From: Alphaproteobacteria bacterium
GTDB taxonomy: Bacteria > Pseudomonadota > Alphaproteobacteria > Bin95
Reading direction: 5' to 3'
Length of the DNA stretch: 64,000 nucleotides
Assembly: GCA_964291285.2 (NCBI GenBank)
Contig: OZ219786.1
Span: 192,001-256,000, forward strand
Shown here one piece after another: positions 40,819 through 51,269 of this stretch. Below the pieces are notes generated by a model. That model worked only from the letters and a program-made list of their open reading frames with translations, ran no database searches and was not told where the DNA came from. The translations under genes were made by a program, and so were the position numbers. Numbering within the stretch: position 1 is the first letter of the stretch; each line of letters starts with the position of its first letter.

Positions 40819-41205
40819 ATGACATCGTCACTCCAGAAGAACATCCGGGTCACCGCAGACCAATGGAAGCGTATCGAAACGGCGGCCAGGGAGCGGCAGG
40901 TTTCGCCCAATCGGCTCGTCGTCGAGCTCGCCATCGAGGCCCTCGACCGGCGCGAATGGCCCGGCACAGGGGCCGAAATCAAGGGGCGGGCCTCCTTCTT
41001 CGCCGCTCAGGCCATCGCCCGGGACCTCATTGCCGACGGACGAGAGAATGAAATCGAGGAGATTCTACAGTTCGCCTCGGCGCTGGTGTCCGAGACCACC
41101 AAGCATATCGGTGAACAGGACCGGCGTACCCGGTTTGCTTCTTTGCCGTCGCCGGGCAGAGAAAATTCCCTTCGACAGCCTGGCCTCGTGCAGAGCCTTG
41201 CATGA
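40819..41205 (+). CDS. Ribbon-helix-helix-like small DNA-binding protein
   Basis: KNIRVTADQWKRIETAARERQVSPNRLVVELA has a beta-alpha-alpha pattern. Confidence 0.5.
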   Translation: MTSSLQKNIRVTADQWKRIETAARERQVSPNRLVVELAIEALDRREWPGTGAEIKGRASFFAAQAIARDLIADGRENEIEEILQFASALVSETTKHIGEQDRRTRFASLPSPGRENSLRQPGLVQSLA

Positions 41206-41249
41206 TGTGATGTGGCGCGCCGCCGACGCTTTCGCGGGTTAAACCGGTG

Positions 41250-43328
41250 CAGGGCGAATTAATTGTCTGCCTGTGGGCCATGTTGAGGTGGGGTCCGGGG
41301 TGGCCATTTTTTTCTTGATATGTCAGTGTGCCGGTCATGGCGAGGTTTCTGTTTGCGGGTGTTTGGGTTGATCTTCGCGCGGTCACGGTGCGCCCGACCT
41401 GGGGGGCACGGGAGCACCGGCGCTGGGACGATTTGGTAGCGGCGCACCACTATCTGCGGTTCCACGGCATCATCGGCAAGGGTCTGCGCCATGTCGCGGT
41501 TCATGGCGAGGCCTGGCTTGCCCTGGTTGGCTGGCAGCCTGGAGCGTTCAAGGTGGGAGCGCGGGACCGCTGGATCGGGTGGTCGGCGGAGCAGCAGTTC
41601 CGTCGCCTGCATCTGGTTGCCAACAACTCGCGCTTTGTCATCCTGACGCCTGAGCGGGTTCCCAACCTTGCCTCGCGGGTGCTGGGGCTGAGCGTGCGGC
41701 GGCTGTCGCAGGACCTGCGGGCGGCGCATGGCTATCCGGCTGTTGTGGCGGAGACGTTTGTGGACGTCTCGCGCTTCGCCGGCACCTGCTACCGCGCGGC
41801 CAACTGGCGCTCTCTGGGTCTGACGCGCGGCTTTGCCCGCGAGCCCGGAGGGGTGGCGCGCTGGCGTCACCACGGCCAGCCCAAGGAGGTCTTCGTGTTC
41901 GAACTGACACACGGCGCCCCCGAGGCGCTGAGCCATCCCGAGATACCGGCAGACTGGAACGCTGAGCAGCACACCGAGCCGATGGCGGCGCCCCGGCTGC
42001 GCAGCCTGTTCGAGTGTTTGGGCGAGGTGCCCGAATACCGCCATGCCCGGGGCAAGCGCTATGCGCTCACCACCATTCTGACGCTGGCCGTTGCCGCCCG
42101 GCTTGCCGGATACCGGGGTGTGAACGCCTTCGCCCAGTTCGCCGCCCTGCTCTCCCAGAAGCAACTCAAGGCGGTGGGCGCCTTCTGGAGCCCATCCAGG
42201 CAGTGCTACACGCCGCCGGCGGTCACCACCTTCCACAACATCCTCGCCGCCCTGCCGCCACAGACCCTGGACAATGCCATCGGCCAGTGGGCCGGACAGC
42301 ACAGCAGTGCGCACGCGCCTGTGGCCATGGACGGAAAGGATTTGCGCGGTGCCTCGAAGCAGAGCGAAGACCGGCGCAGGAGGATGGTCGCTGCGGTGGC
42401 GCATGACACCGGCGTGGTCCTCGGGCAGGTCGAAGTCAGCTCCAAAAGCAACGAAATCCCGGCCGTGCGCGAACTTTCCAGCGGTCTCGACCTCACAGGC
42501 CGGATCGTCACCATCGATGCGATGCACGCCCAGCACGAGACCGCGCGTTGCCTGCTCGAACGCCGTGCCGACTACGTGGTCAGCGCGGTGAAGGGCAACC
42601 AGCAGACCATCCTCGAAGACCTCAAGGCGATCGACTTCAGCGATGCGCCCTGGCACGAAACCGTCGACAAGGGCCATGGTCGCATTGAGCGCCGACGCTG
42701 CGCCGTCGTCGACCTCTGCGCTGCCGAGTGGGACGGCTACGCCCACCTTCACGGGCGCCGCCAGGCAATGCGCATGGAACGCGAGCGCAAGATGCTCAAA
42801 ACCGGCAAGCGCAGCATCGAGGTCACCTGGAGCCTGACGTCGCTTGGCGCAGAGCGAGCCGGCCCCAAGGAGCTTCTCGATCTGGTGCGCAACCACTGGC
42901 ACATCGAGAACCGTGTGCACTATGTGCGTGACTTCACCTATGACGAAGACCGTTGCCGGGCATATGTGCGCCACCTGCCCGGAAATCTGGCCTGCTTGAG
43001 CAACGCGGCCATCGCTATCGTGCGCTGCGACGGACGCTTCCGATATGTACCCGAGGCCAACCGGCACTACGCCGCCCGCGCCCAAGAGGCCCTCGACGCG
43101 ATTATGATCGCGCCCAGCGGCTGATACCCCACCCCCCACCGCAATACAGGCTCGGGCCGAAGAACGGCGCAGCAAAACAACTGCGCCCGTCGAGGACGAA
43201 AACACTGGACCGCGGCATCAAGAAACCACCATGACGGCGGCCAGAAACGTCTGGGGTTCCCCAAAACACCGGCAGCCAGACCGAAATCACTCAGACAAAG
43301 CCCGCGGTTCGACTAAAAATTTTCCCTG
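41250..43328 (+). mobile_element. ISAs1-family element
   Basis: Ends CAGGGCGAATT and CAGGGAAAATT (reverse complement); 10-bp target duplication TAAACCGGTG at 41240-41249 and 43329-43338. Confidence 0.9.
41328..43124 (+). CDS. DUF4338 (DruA-like) domain fused to an ISAs1 transposase
   Basis: N-terminal HHYL, RDRWIGW, NNSRFVIL..NLASR, ETFVD and YRAANW. C-terminal DGKDLRG, KSNEIPA, TIDAMH, VKGNQ, HGRIE and HWHIENRVH. Confidence 0.88.
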   Translation: MPVMARFLFAGVWVDLRAVTVRPTWGAREHRRWDDLVAAHHYLRFHGIIGKGLRHVAVHGEAWLALVGWQPGAFKVGARDRWIGWSAEQQFRRLHLVANNSRFVILTPERVPNLASRVLGLSVRRLSQDLRAAHGYPAVVAETFVDVSRFAGTCYRAANWRSLGLTRGFAREPGGVARWRHHGQPKEVFVFELTHGAPEALSHPEIPADWNAEQHTEPMAAPRLRSLFECLGEVPEYRHARGKRYALTTILTLAVAARLAGYRGVNAFAQFAALLSQKQLKAVGAFWSPSRQCYTPPAVTTFHNILAALPPQTLDNAIGQWAGQHSSAHAPVAMDGKDLRGASKQSEDRRRRMVAAVAHDTGVVLGQVEVSSKSNEIPAVRELSSGLDLTGRIVTIDAMHAQHETARCLLERRADYVVSAVKGNQQTILEDLKAIDFSDAPWHETVDKGHGRIERRRCAVVDLCAAEWDGYAHLHGRRQAMRMERERKMLKTGKRSIEVTWSLTSLGAERAGPKELLDLVRNHWHIENRVHYVRDFTYDEDRCRAYVRHLPGNLACLSNAAIAIVRCDGRFRYVPEANRHYAARAQEALDAIMIAPSG

Positions 43329-43331
43329 TAA

Positions 43332-43637
<306 letters not shown>

Positions 43638-43655
43638 GATCGGCGGTCGGCTCCA

Positions 43656-44105
43656 ATGCGCTATTTCGACACCAGTTTCCTCGTTCCCCTCATCCTCCCC
43701 GAGGCTGCCAGCGAATCGGTCGCGGCGTTCTTCGCGGTTTTGCCGCAGGACGAACTGGCGGTGAGCCATTGGACGCGGGTCGAGTTCGCCTCGCTGCTTG
43801 CCCGTGAGGCGCGCATGGGCCATCTGAACGCCGCGAGCGTACGGAAGGCGGGGACGCGATTCGAGGCGTTGGTCGAAGAGTCCTTCATCGTCGTGCTGCC
43901 GAACCGTGACGACTTCGATCGGGCCAGGGACTGGCTCGGCCGTTTCGAGACCGGGCTGAGGGCCGGAGATGCACTGCACCTTGCCGTTGCGGGCAACCGC
44001 GGGGCGGCAGCAATCCACAGCCTGGACAAGCGCATGGTCGCGGCGGGGAAGGCGCTGGGTCTGCCGACGAGCGCCGCAATCCATCTTCCGGGTCATGGCG
44101 ATTGA
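43656..44105 (+). CDS. vapC: PIN-domain toxin
   Basis: YFDTSFLV...E...LRAGDALHLAVA...SLDKRM. Confidence 0.9.
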   Translation: MRYFDTSFLVPLILPEAASESVAAFFAVLPQDELAVSHWTRVEFASLLAREARMGHLNAASVRKAGTRFEALVEESFIVVLPNRDDFDRARDWLGRFETGLRAGDALHLAVAGNRGAAAIHSLDKRMVAAGKALGLPTSAAIHLPGHGD

Positions 44106-47100
44106 CAGTCTCGATGAGCGACCCGCCCCCCATTCGCGACGGACAGATTCTGACCGGCGCCCTGTTCAGCGAACCGATGCGGGTCGAGACCGTGCGTGCG
44201 AACGGCGCCGGTTCCTGGGTTGCGGGCCTGGTCGGAACGCGGACGGAGCGCTTCCGCAGTGTCGCTCTCACCACCGACGATATCGCCAGCCTCACAATTT
44301 CGGGCTCTGCGATGTCCTACGATGGCGACGGCCGCCTGCTCCGGCTCGGTCTGAAGGCCCACGCGCTCGGCATTGCCCACGAGTTCGATCCGTATTTCGG
44401 CCTTTCGATCTCCCGCGTGGACCCGCTGCCGCACCAGCTCGAAGCCGTCTACGAGCACCTGCTCAAGCTGTCGACCGTCCGGTTCCTGCTCGCCGACGAC
44501 GCCGGCGCAGGCAAGACGATCATGGCCGGCCTGCTGGTGCGCGAGCTCAAGCTGCGCGGTCTGGCGGAGCGCATTCTCGTCGTCTGCCCGGCAAACCTGA
44601 CCTTCCAGTGGCAGCGGGAACTGCGGGAGAAGTTCGACGAGAAGTTCCTGGTGCTCAAGGGCGGCGATATCCGCGACCAGTTCGGCGTCAACCAGTGGCT
44701 GGAGCAGCCACAGGTCCTCACCTCCCTCGACCTTGCGAAACGGAACGACATCCTGCCCGGTTTGCGCCAGGTGCATTGGGATCTGGTGATCGTCGACGAG
44801 GCGCACCGCATGTCCTGGTCGCCGCCGGCCGGGAAGACCGCACGCTACGCCCTCGGTGAACTGCTCCGCGACCGTGCCGACCACATCCTCCTGCTGACCG
44901 CGACGCCGCACAAGGGCGACCCGCAGAACTTCACCCGGTTCCTGCAACTTCTCGACCGCGACGCCTATGCCGACGTCAAGTCCATTCGCGAGGCGATGGC
45001 CCGGCGCCGGGCGCCCTTCTACCTGCGGCGCACCAAGGAGGCGATGGTCTATTTTCCGGAGCGCCAGTCGAACGGCGAATGGCAGGCGCGGCCGGTGTTC
45101 ACCCGGCGCATTCCCCGCACGGTCGGGTTCGCGATCGACGATGCCGAACTGGAATTGTACAAGGAGATCACCCGCTTCGTGAAGCGGCAGAGCAGGAAGG
45201 CGGCGGACCATGGGGATGATCCGCGGGCCCGTGCCGTCGGCTTCCTGATGGCGCTCTACCAGAGGCGCCTCGCCTCCAGCACCTGCGCGATGCGCCGCTC
45301 GCTCGAGAATCGGGCGAGACGCCTGGAAGAAGGGTTGAAGCGGGCGCAGACCATGGCGCAATCGGCGCCGCCCGGCCTCCCTGACCCGGAAGAGATCGAG
45401 GAAATGGAGGAGGCGGAGCGCGAGCGCCTCGAAGCCCTGCTCGACGCGGTCACCCTGGCCGGCAACGCCGAACAGGTGCGCGCCGAGATCGCCGAGCTGA
45501 AACAGTTTGCGGAAAGCGCGCGAGCGGTCGAGCAGGCCGGCAACGAGGCCAAGTTGGCCCGGCTCAAGGACATCCTGCTGAAGGAGGGGTTCTTCGACCG
45601 CCCGGACCAGCGCCTGCTCCTGTTCACGGAGTTCAGGGACACGCTCGACTACCTCATGGACCGCCTCACGGCCTGGGGCTTCCGGGTCGGCTGCATCCAT
45701 GGCGGCATGAAGCCCGGTTCCCGGGACGAGCCGAACAGCCGCCTGCACACCGAACAGCAGTTCCGGGAAGGCAACATCCAGATCCTCGTCGCCACCGAGG
45801 CGGCGGGCGAGGGCATCAACCTCCAGTGCTGCCACATCCTGTTCAACTACGACATCCCCTGGAACCCCAACCGCCTCGAACAGCGCATGGGCCGCATCCA
45901 CCGCTACGGCCAGCGCGAAGACTGCCTGATCTTCAACTTCGTCGCGACGAACACCATCGAAGGGCGTGTGCTCGAACGGCTGATGACCAAGCTGCAGGAG
46001 ATCCGCGACGCGCTGGACGACGACGCCGTGTTCAACGTGGTCGGAGAAGTCCTGCCGGCCGCACAGGTCGAGCGCGTGCTGCGGGACTATTACGCCGGCA
46101 GGCTGGGGTACGCCGATCTCGAAGATCGCATATTGAGGGATGTGGACGAGGGCCGGTTCCGGGCGATCTGCCAGACGGCTCTCGAAGGCCTCGCCACGAG
46201 GAAGCTCAACCTCGACATGCTGGTCGAGCGCCAGGCGAAAGCGCAGGAACAGCGTGTCGTGCCGGAGGACATTGCGCGTTTCATGCAGGAATGCGCCAGG
46301 GACGCTGCCCTGACGCTGAAGCCTGTGGGAGGTCTGGCCCATGCGTTCGATCCGGGACGGACGCCGCCGGCCCTGAGGAAATACGAGCGCGCCGCCGACT
46401 GGAAGCTCCCGCAACTCACGGCGCGCTACCCGCGCCTGTCAACGGACAGGGAGACGGCCGATGCGAACAACCTCGAATGGGTCACGCCCGGTCATCCGCT
46501 GTTCGAGGCGCTGCGCCGGCGCGGCCTCGAAGCCGCAGAAGGCGTCTTTGCCCGAGGCGCTTGTTTCCATTCCCTGAACCACGAGGCGCCGGCACGGTTC
46601 GATGTCTACCGGGCGAAAGCCGTGGACGGCCTGGGCCGTAGCGTACATGAGCGGCTGTTCGCGGTCGAACTGGCGGCTGACGGCGAGGCGCGGCTGCGGG
46701 AGCCGCAGTTCCTCGGCGACCTGACCCCCGCTGCCGTTCCGCAGGCACTTCCCGCCGCGGCATCTCTGCCGGAGGCCAGAGATTGGCTTTACGAAGCCGC
46801 GCTTGTGCCGTTTCTCGAAGAGGTCCGGTCGGAACGCGCGGCCGAGGTCACGCGCGTCGCCGAGCATGTCGAGCTGTCCCTCACCGAGGTACTGCTCCGC
46901 GCCGACGAAGAGATCGGCCGTGCCGCCGAAGACGCAAAGGAAGGCGTTGCCGGCGCCGAAGGGCGCCTTGCCCAAGCCGAAGCGCGCCATGCCGAGGCGC
47001 TGGAACGCCGTGACCGGCGCCGCGACGAGCTCGAGCGGGAACGCGCCGTGACATTGCAGGGTGTTGAACGGCTGGCAAGCGCCCTGATCCTGCCCCACCC

Positions 47101-47551
47101 CGAGCGCGAGTCGGCGGAAGTCCGGCGGCTGCGCCCCGATCCGGAAACCGAGATGACCGCGATGCGCGCGGTCATGGAGTTCGAAACGGCGCGGGGATGT
47201 CGGGTCGACGATGTGCATGAGCAGAATCTCGGCTACGACATCACCAGCCTCGACCTGCAATCCGGCGAGCTTCGCCTGATCGAGATCAAGGGGCTCGCCG
47301 GAACGACCGGCAGCATCCTGCTGACCCCGAACGAGCGCCGGGTCGCCGAAGACCGGCGCGACTGCTACTGGCTCTATGTGGTCACCGATTGCGCCGGAGA
47401 ACCCCGGCTTCAGGAGCCGATCCCGGACCCGGCCCGGTTCCCGTGGCGCAAGGTCACCGAGGTGCAGCACTACTGGCTTGACGTGGATGCGATGACCGAA
47501 CCCATGACGCTGCGGGAGGAAGCAGCGCCGTATGGGGGATCGGGCGGATGA
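44102..47551 (+). CDS. SNF2-family helicase with a C-terminal DUF3883-like nuclease domain
   Basis: Motifs LADDAGAGKT, DEAH, TATP, EGINLQ and QRMGRIHRYG; C-terminal GYDI...IEIKG. Start is TTG 44102 or ATG 44114. Confidence 0.9.
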   Translation: MTVSMSDPPPIRDGQILTGALFSEPMRVETVRANGAGSWVAGLVGTRTERFRSVALTTDDIASLTISGSAMSYDGDGRLLRLGLKAHALGIAHEFDPYFGLSISRVDPLPHQLEAVYEHLLKLSTVRFLLADDAGAGKTIMAGLLVRELKLRGLAERILVVCPANLTFQWQRELREKFDEKFLVLKGGDIRDQFGVNQWLEQPQVLTSLDLAKRNDILPGLRQVHWDLVIVDEAHRMSWSPPAGKTARYALGELLRDRADHILLLTATPHKGDPQNFTRFLQLLDRDAYADVKSIREAMARRRAPFYLRRTKEAMVYFPERQSNGEWQARPVFTRRIPRTVGFAIDDAELELYKEITRFVKRQSRKAADHGDDPRARAVGFLMALYQRRLASSTCAMRRSLENRARRLEEGLKRAQTMAQSAPPGLPDPEEIEEMEEAERERLEALLDAVTLAGNAEQVRAEIAELKQFAESARAVEQAGNEAKLARLKDILLKEGFFDRPDQRLLLFTEFRDTLDYLMDRLTAWGFRVGCIHGGMKPGSRDEPNSRLHTEQQFREGNIQILVATEAAGEGINLQCCHILFNYDIPWNPNRLEQRMGRIHRYGQREDCLIFNFVATNTIEGRVLERLMTKLQEIRDALDDDAVFNVVGEVLPAAQVERVLRDYYAGRLGYADLEDRILRDVDEGRFRAICQTALEGLATRKLNLDMLVERQAKAQEQRVVPEDIARFMQECARDAALTLKPVGGLAHAFDPGRTPPALRKYERAADWKLPQLTARYPRLSTDRETADANNLEWVTPGHPLFEALRRRGLEAAEGVFARGACFHSLNHEAPARFDVYRAKAVDGLGRSVHERLFAVELAADGEARLREPQFLGDLTPAAVPQALPAAASLPEARDWLYEAALVPFLEEVRSERAAEVTRVAEHVELSLTEVLLRADEEIGRAAEDAKEGVAGAEGRLAQAEARHAEALERRDRRRDELERERAVTLQGVERLASALILPHPERESAEVRRLRPDPETEMTAMRAVMEFETARGCRVDDVHEQNLGYDITSLDLQSGELRLIEIKGLAGTTGSILLTPNERRVAEDRRDCYWLYVVTDCAGEPRLQEPIPDPARFPWRKVTEVQHYWLDVDAMTEPMTLREEAAPYGGSGG

Positions 47552-50514
47552 TCCCCCGGGGATGCAAGCGTCTGGCTGAGGTGGATTTTCCGATCGCGGC
47601 GGTGTCGCGCCATGCGGTGCGCGAGAAGTCGATCCGCCACGGCCATCCCTCGACGCTGCATCTGTGGTGGGCGCGGCGGCCTCTGGCCTCCTCGCGGGCC
47701 ATGCTCCTGGCGCTCCTGTTCCCGGACCCCTGCGATCCCGAATGTCCGGACGACTTCAAGGAAGCGGCGCGCAAGGCTCTGCCGGCGGTCGGTTGCGGGC
47801 ACGGCGAAACCGACACGGATATCCGGCGCGGCCTGCTGAAGTTCATCGCAGACTTTGCCAACTGGGACCTCAGCACAAAGCTACCTTGGCTGGAGGCGGG
47901 CCGAGCGCTCGTCAGGGCCGCCCATGGAGAAGAACCGCCCCTGGTGGTGGATCCGTTTGCCGGCGGCGGGTCAATCCCGCTGGAGGCGCTGCGGCTCGGC
48001 TGCGAGGCGTTCGCGAGCGATCTCAACCCCGTGGCCTGCCTCATCCTCAAGGCGATGCTGGAGGACATTCCGCGCCACGGCCCGGGACTGGCCGACGAGT
48101 TACGCGAGGCTGGCGCGGAAATCAGGCGGCAGGCCGAACGGGAACTGTCCGACCTGTATCCGGCCGACCCCGACGGCGCGACGCCCATCGCCTATCTGTG
48201 GGCGCGCACGGTGCGCTGCGAGGCGCCGGACTGCGGCGCCGAAATCCCGCTCATGCGTTCCTTCTGGCTGTGCCGGAAGGCGAAGCGCAAGCGCGCCTTG
48301 CGCCATGCCGTCGAACGGGTCGAGGGAGCGCCGCCGCGGGTGGCGTTCGAAGTGTTCGAACCCGTGGCCGAAAGCGAGGTACGCGGCGGCACGGTGACGC
48401 GCGCCAGGGCGACCTGCCTGTGCTGCGGCGCGGTCCTGCCGCCGGAGCGCGTGCGCGCGCAACTCGCCGCCCGGCGCGGCGGCGCGGATGTGGTTTTCGA
48501 CGAGGGGGGCAACCGGGTCGGCGGGGCGCGGATGACGGCGGTGGTGACCCTCCGGCCGGACGAAGCGGGCCGGCACTATCGTCTGCCGACGGAGGCCGAC
48601 TACGCCGCGGTGCGGGCAGCGCAGGCGCGGGTCGTCGGAATCCTGGAAGACTGGGAGCGCGGCGGCAAGCAGGGGTTGTGTCCCATACCGGATGAACCCC
48701 TGCCGCCCATAGGCACGTTGGGCTTCCGCGTCCAGCGCTACGGGATGCTCCAGTGGGGCGACCTGTTCACCGCACGGCAGAAGGCGGCGCTGGTGGAGTT
48801 GGCACGCCTTGCGTGCATTCATAACAAAGTGAATGTCAAACGAGGCCTCGCATTGGCAATATCGAAACTGTCTGAACTATCCAATTCACTCTGCACATGG
48901 GAGCCACTAGCTGAATGCCCAAGGCATGTGTTTGGACGGCAAGCACTCCCTATAGCTTGGGATTTCGCGGAGGGTGTTTCCAGCTCTGAGTCCAGTGGCA
49001 GTTATACTATTTCTGTGAGGCACGTCGCTTCGGGATCTGATTCTCTGGGTCCAGTTTCTAAGTCTATATCCCTTCAACTTGCCGACGCCAACGAGCATCC
49101 ACTCCCGGACCAGTCCGCTAGCGTCTGGTTCACCGATCCACCCTATTACGACGCGGTTCCATATGCTGATCTCTCCGACTTTTTCCTTGTCTGGCTGAAA
49201 CGCAGTCTACCCGATCACTTTCTTCTTCGGGACCCCTTCGATCCTGAAAATCTCCTCTCACCCAAGACACGCGAGGCGGTGCAGGACGAAACGAAGGAGA
49301 GCGACGGCCGCTCCAAGGACCGCGAATGGTTCGAAGACACGATGGGGAAGGCCTTCGCCGAGGGGCGGCGCGTTCTCGCCGAGGACGGCATCGGATCGGT
49401 CGTGTTCGCCCACAAGACCACCGAAGGCTGGGAAGCCCTGCTCTCCGGCATGATCCGGGGCGGCTGGACCATCACGGGTTCCTGGCCGATCGCAACGGAA
49501 ATGGGGTCTCGCCTCCGCGCCCGGGACTCCGCTGCCCTCGCTACCAGCGTCCATCTCGTCTGCCGCCCGCGCCCGGCGGATGCCCCGGTTGGCGAGTGGG
49601 CCGAGGTGCTCAAGGAACTGCCCTTGCGGGTTGCCGACTGGATGGCGCGCCTGCAGGGCGAGGGTGTGCGCGGCGCCGATCTCGTATTCGCCTGCATCGG
49701 CCCCGCCCTGGAGATCTTCAGCCGCTGCCGCACCGTCGAGACGGCGGAGGGCCAAACGGTCAGCCTGTCGACATATCTGGAGAAGGTCTGGGAAGTGGTA
49801 GGCCGCGCCGCCCTCGAACAGGTGCTCGGCACGGCGGAAGCCGCCGCCCGCAACGGCATGGCCGGCGCGCTGGAGGAAGACGCCCGCCTGTCCGCCCTCT
49901 TCCTGTGGGCTTTTCAGGGCACGAACGAATTGCGGGACAGCGGCCCGGACGATGCCGCGGCCTCCGAAGCGGACGACGCCCTCGAAGAAGAGGTCGCCAA
50001 GGCGACCGCCGGGGGATTCCGCTTGCCGTTCGATGTCGTGCGGCGCTTCTCCCAGCCCATGGGCATCGACCTCGACCGTTGGACAGGGCGGGTGATTGCC
50101 CAGGAGAAAGGCATCGTCCGCCTGCTTCCGGTTGCGGAACGCGCGAAGACGCTGCTCGGCGCCGACGGTGCCCGCAGCGTCCCCGAATGGATCGAGGCCG
50201 GCGCAAGTGCGGACGCGCAGCCAACGCTGTTCTCCGAGCTTGACCCGGTGCCGGACGCCTCGCGGCCCGAGCGCAACGGTTTCGACCCGGATTCCGACCT
50301 GCAATCGCCGGATTCGACCGTCCTGGACCGGGTTCATACGGCGATGCTGCTCCAGACGGGCGGGCATTCGAACGCCTTGCGTCGATTGATCGTTTCCGAA
50401 CAGGAGCGCGGACCGGACTTCCTGCGCCTCGCCAACGCGCTTTCCGCCCTCTACCCGCGCGGCAGCCGCGAGAAGCGGGTTCTGGACGCCATGCTGCTTG
50501 CGGCGCCGAGGTGA
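47548..50514 (+). CDS. DUF1156 amino-DNA methyltransferase
   Basis: LHLWWARRPLA, motif I DPFAGGG, motif IV DPPYY and a Zn-binding insert. Confidence 0.9.
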   Translation: MIPRGCKRLAEVDFPIAAVSRHAVREKSIRHGHPSTLHLWWARRPLASSRAMLLALLFPDPCDPECPDDFKEAARKALPAVGCGHGETDTDIRRGLLKFIADFANWDLSTKLPWLEAGRALVRAAHGEEPPLVVDPFAGGGSIPLEALRLGCEAFASDLNPVACLILKAMLEDIPRHGPGLADELREAGAEIRRQAERELSDLYPADPDGATPIAYLWARTVRCEAPDCGAEIPLMRSFWLCRKAKRKRALRHAVERVEGAPPRVAFEVFEPVAESEVRGGTVTRARATCLCCGAVLPPERVRAQLAARRGGADVVFDEGGNRVGGARMTAVVTLRPDEAGRHYRLPTEADYAAVRAAQARVVGILEDWERGGKQGLCPIPDEPLPPIGTLGFRVQRYGMLQWGDLFTARQKAALVELARLACIHNKVNVKRGLALAISKLSELSNSLCTWEPLAECPRHVFGRQALPIAWDFAEGVSSSESSGSYTISVRHVASGSDSLGPVSKSISLQLADANEHPLPDQSASVWFTDPPYYDAVPYADLSDFFLVWLKRSLPDHFLLRDPFDPENLLSPKTREAVQDETKESDGRSKDREWFEDTMGKAFAEGRRVLAEDGIGSVVFAHKTTEGWEALLSGMIRGGWTITGSWPIATEMGSRLRARDSAALATSVHLVCRPRPADAPVGEWAEVLKELPLRVADWMARLQGEGVRGADLVFACIGPALEIFSRCRTVETAEGQTVSLSTYLEKVWEVVGRAALEQVLGTAEAAARNGMAGALEEDARLSALFLWAFQGTNELRDSGPDDAAASEADDALEEEVAKATAGGFRLPFDVVRRFSQPMGIDLDRWTGRVIAQEKGIVRLLPVAERAKTLLGADGARSVPEWIEAGASADAQPTLFSELDPVPDASRPERNGFDPDSDLQSPDSTVLDRVHTAMLLQTGGHSNALRRLIVSEQERGPDFLRLANALSALYPRGSREKRVLDAMLLAAPR

Positions 50515-50640
50515 CGCCATGAAGCCCCGGATCGCCGAACGACAATCCCCGGGCCTGTCGGCGCCCCGAGACCGGGCCGGCGGCGGGCTTCATCCGGCGG
50601 GGACAGGAACCGGAGAACGTGATCGAAGGAGGACAGGATC

Positions 50641-50898
50641 ATGACGGAAGAAACCGAACTGCTGGACCGTATCACCGTGCGGGCCGATATCTTCGGCGGC
50701 AAGCCGATAATCCGCGACATGCGCATCGCGGTGGAGCATGTTCTGGGCAAGCTGGCGGCGGGAGACAGTGCGGAAACCATCCTCGGCGAGTATCCGTTTC
50801 TCGAGCCCGAGGATATCCGGGCCTGCCTGGTCTTCGCCCATCGTTCCCTGGCCGGCGAGCGTGTCCATGACCGCATTTCCCTGCGACAGGCTTCGTGA
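50641..50898 (+). CDS. DUF433 antitoxin-like protein
   Basis: IFGGKPIIRDMRIAV...ILGEYPFL..EDIRACL. Confidence 0.88.
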   Translation: MTEETELLDRITVRADIFGGKPIIRDMRIAVEHVLGKLAAGDSAETILGEYPFLEPEDIRACLVFAHRSLAGERVHDRISLRQAS

Positions 50899-51269
50899 AG
50901 TTTCTTCTCGATGTCTGCGTGGCGTCGCGCATCCTGCACCGGACCCTGATCGATCTCGGGCACGATGTGCTGTCCGCCCGCGACGGACATGCGAACGCTT
51001 CGGACGAGGCGCTGCTCGCCATCGCCTGCCGCGAAGACCGGGTGCTGGTCACCGAGGACAAGGACTTCGGCGAGCTTGTCTTTCTGCGCGGCCTGCCGCA
51101 TCCGTGTATCGTTCGTCTCGACGGGTTGACGGCCATGGAGGAAGCGGCAGTCATGCGGGACCTGATCGAGCGCCAGGGCGCTGCAATGCGCAAGGGTGCC
51201 ATTATCGTGGTCACCGGAAGGCGCGTGCGGATACGGCCGGCGGGAAATGTCGAAGGCGGCAATGACTAG
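50895..51269 (+). CDS. DUF5615 PIN-like toxin
   Basis: MKFLLD...GHDV...DEALL...RVLVTEDKDFGEL. Confidence 0.85.
   Translation: MKFLLDVCVASRILHRTLIDLGHDVLSARDGHANASDEALLAIACREDRVLVTEDKDFGELVFLRGLPHPCIVRLDGLTAMEEAAVMRDLIERQGAAMRKGAIIVVTGRRVRIRPAGNVEGGND

Noticed and set aside
41195-41242. DVMWRAADAFAG resembling the N-terminus of type I HsdM
   Set aside because: Too short, with no continuation after the IS; may be chance.
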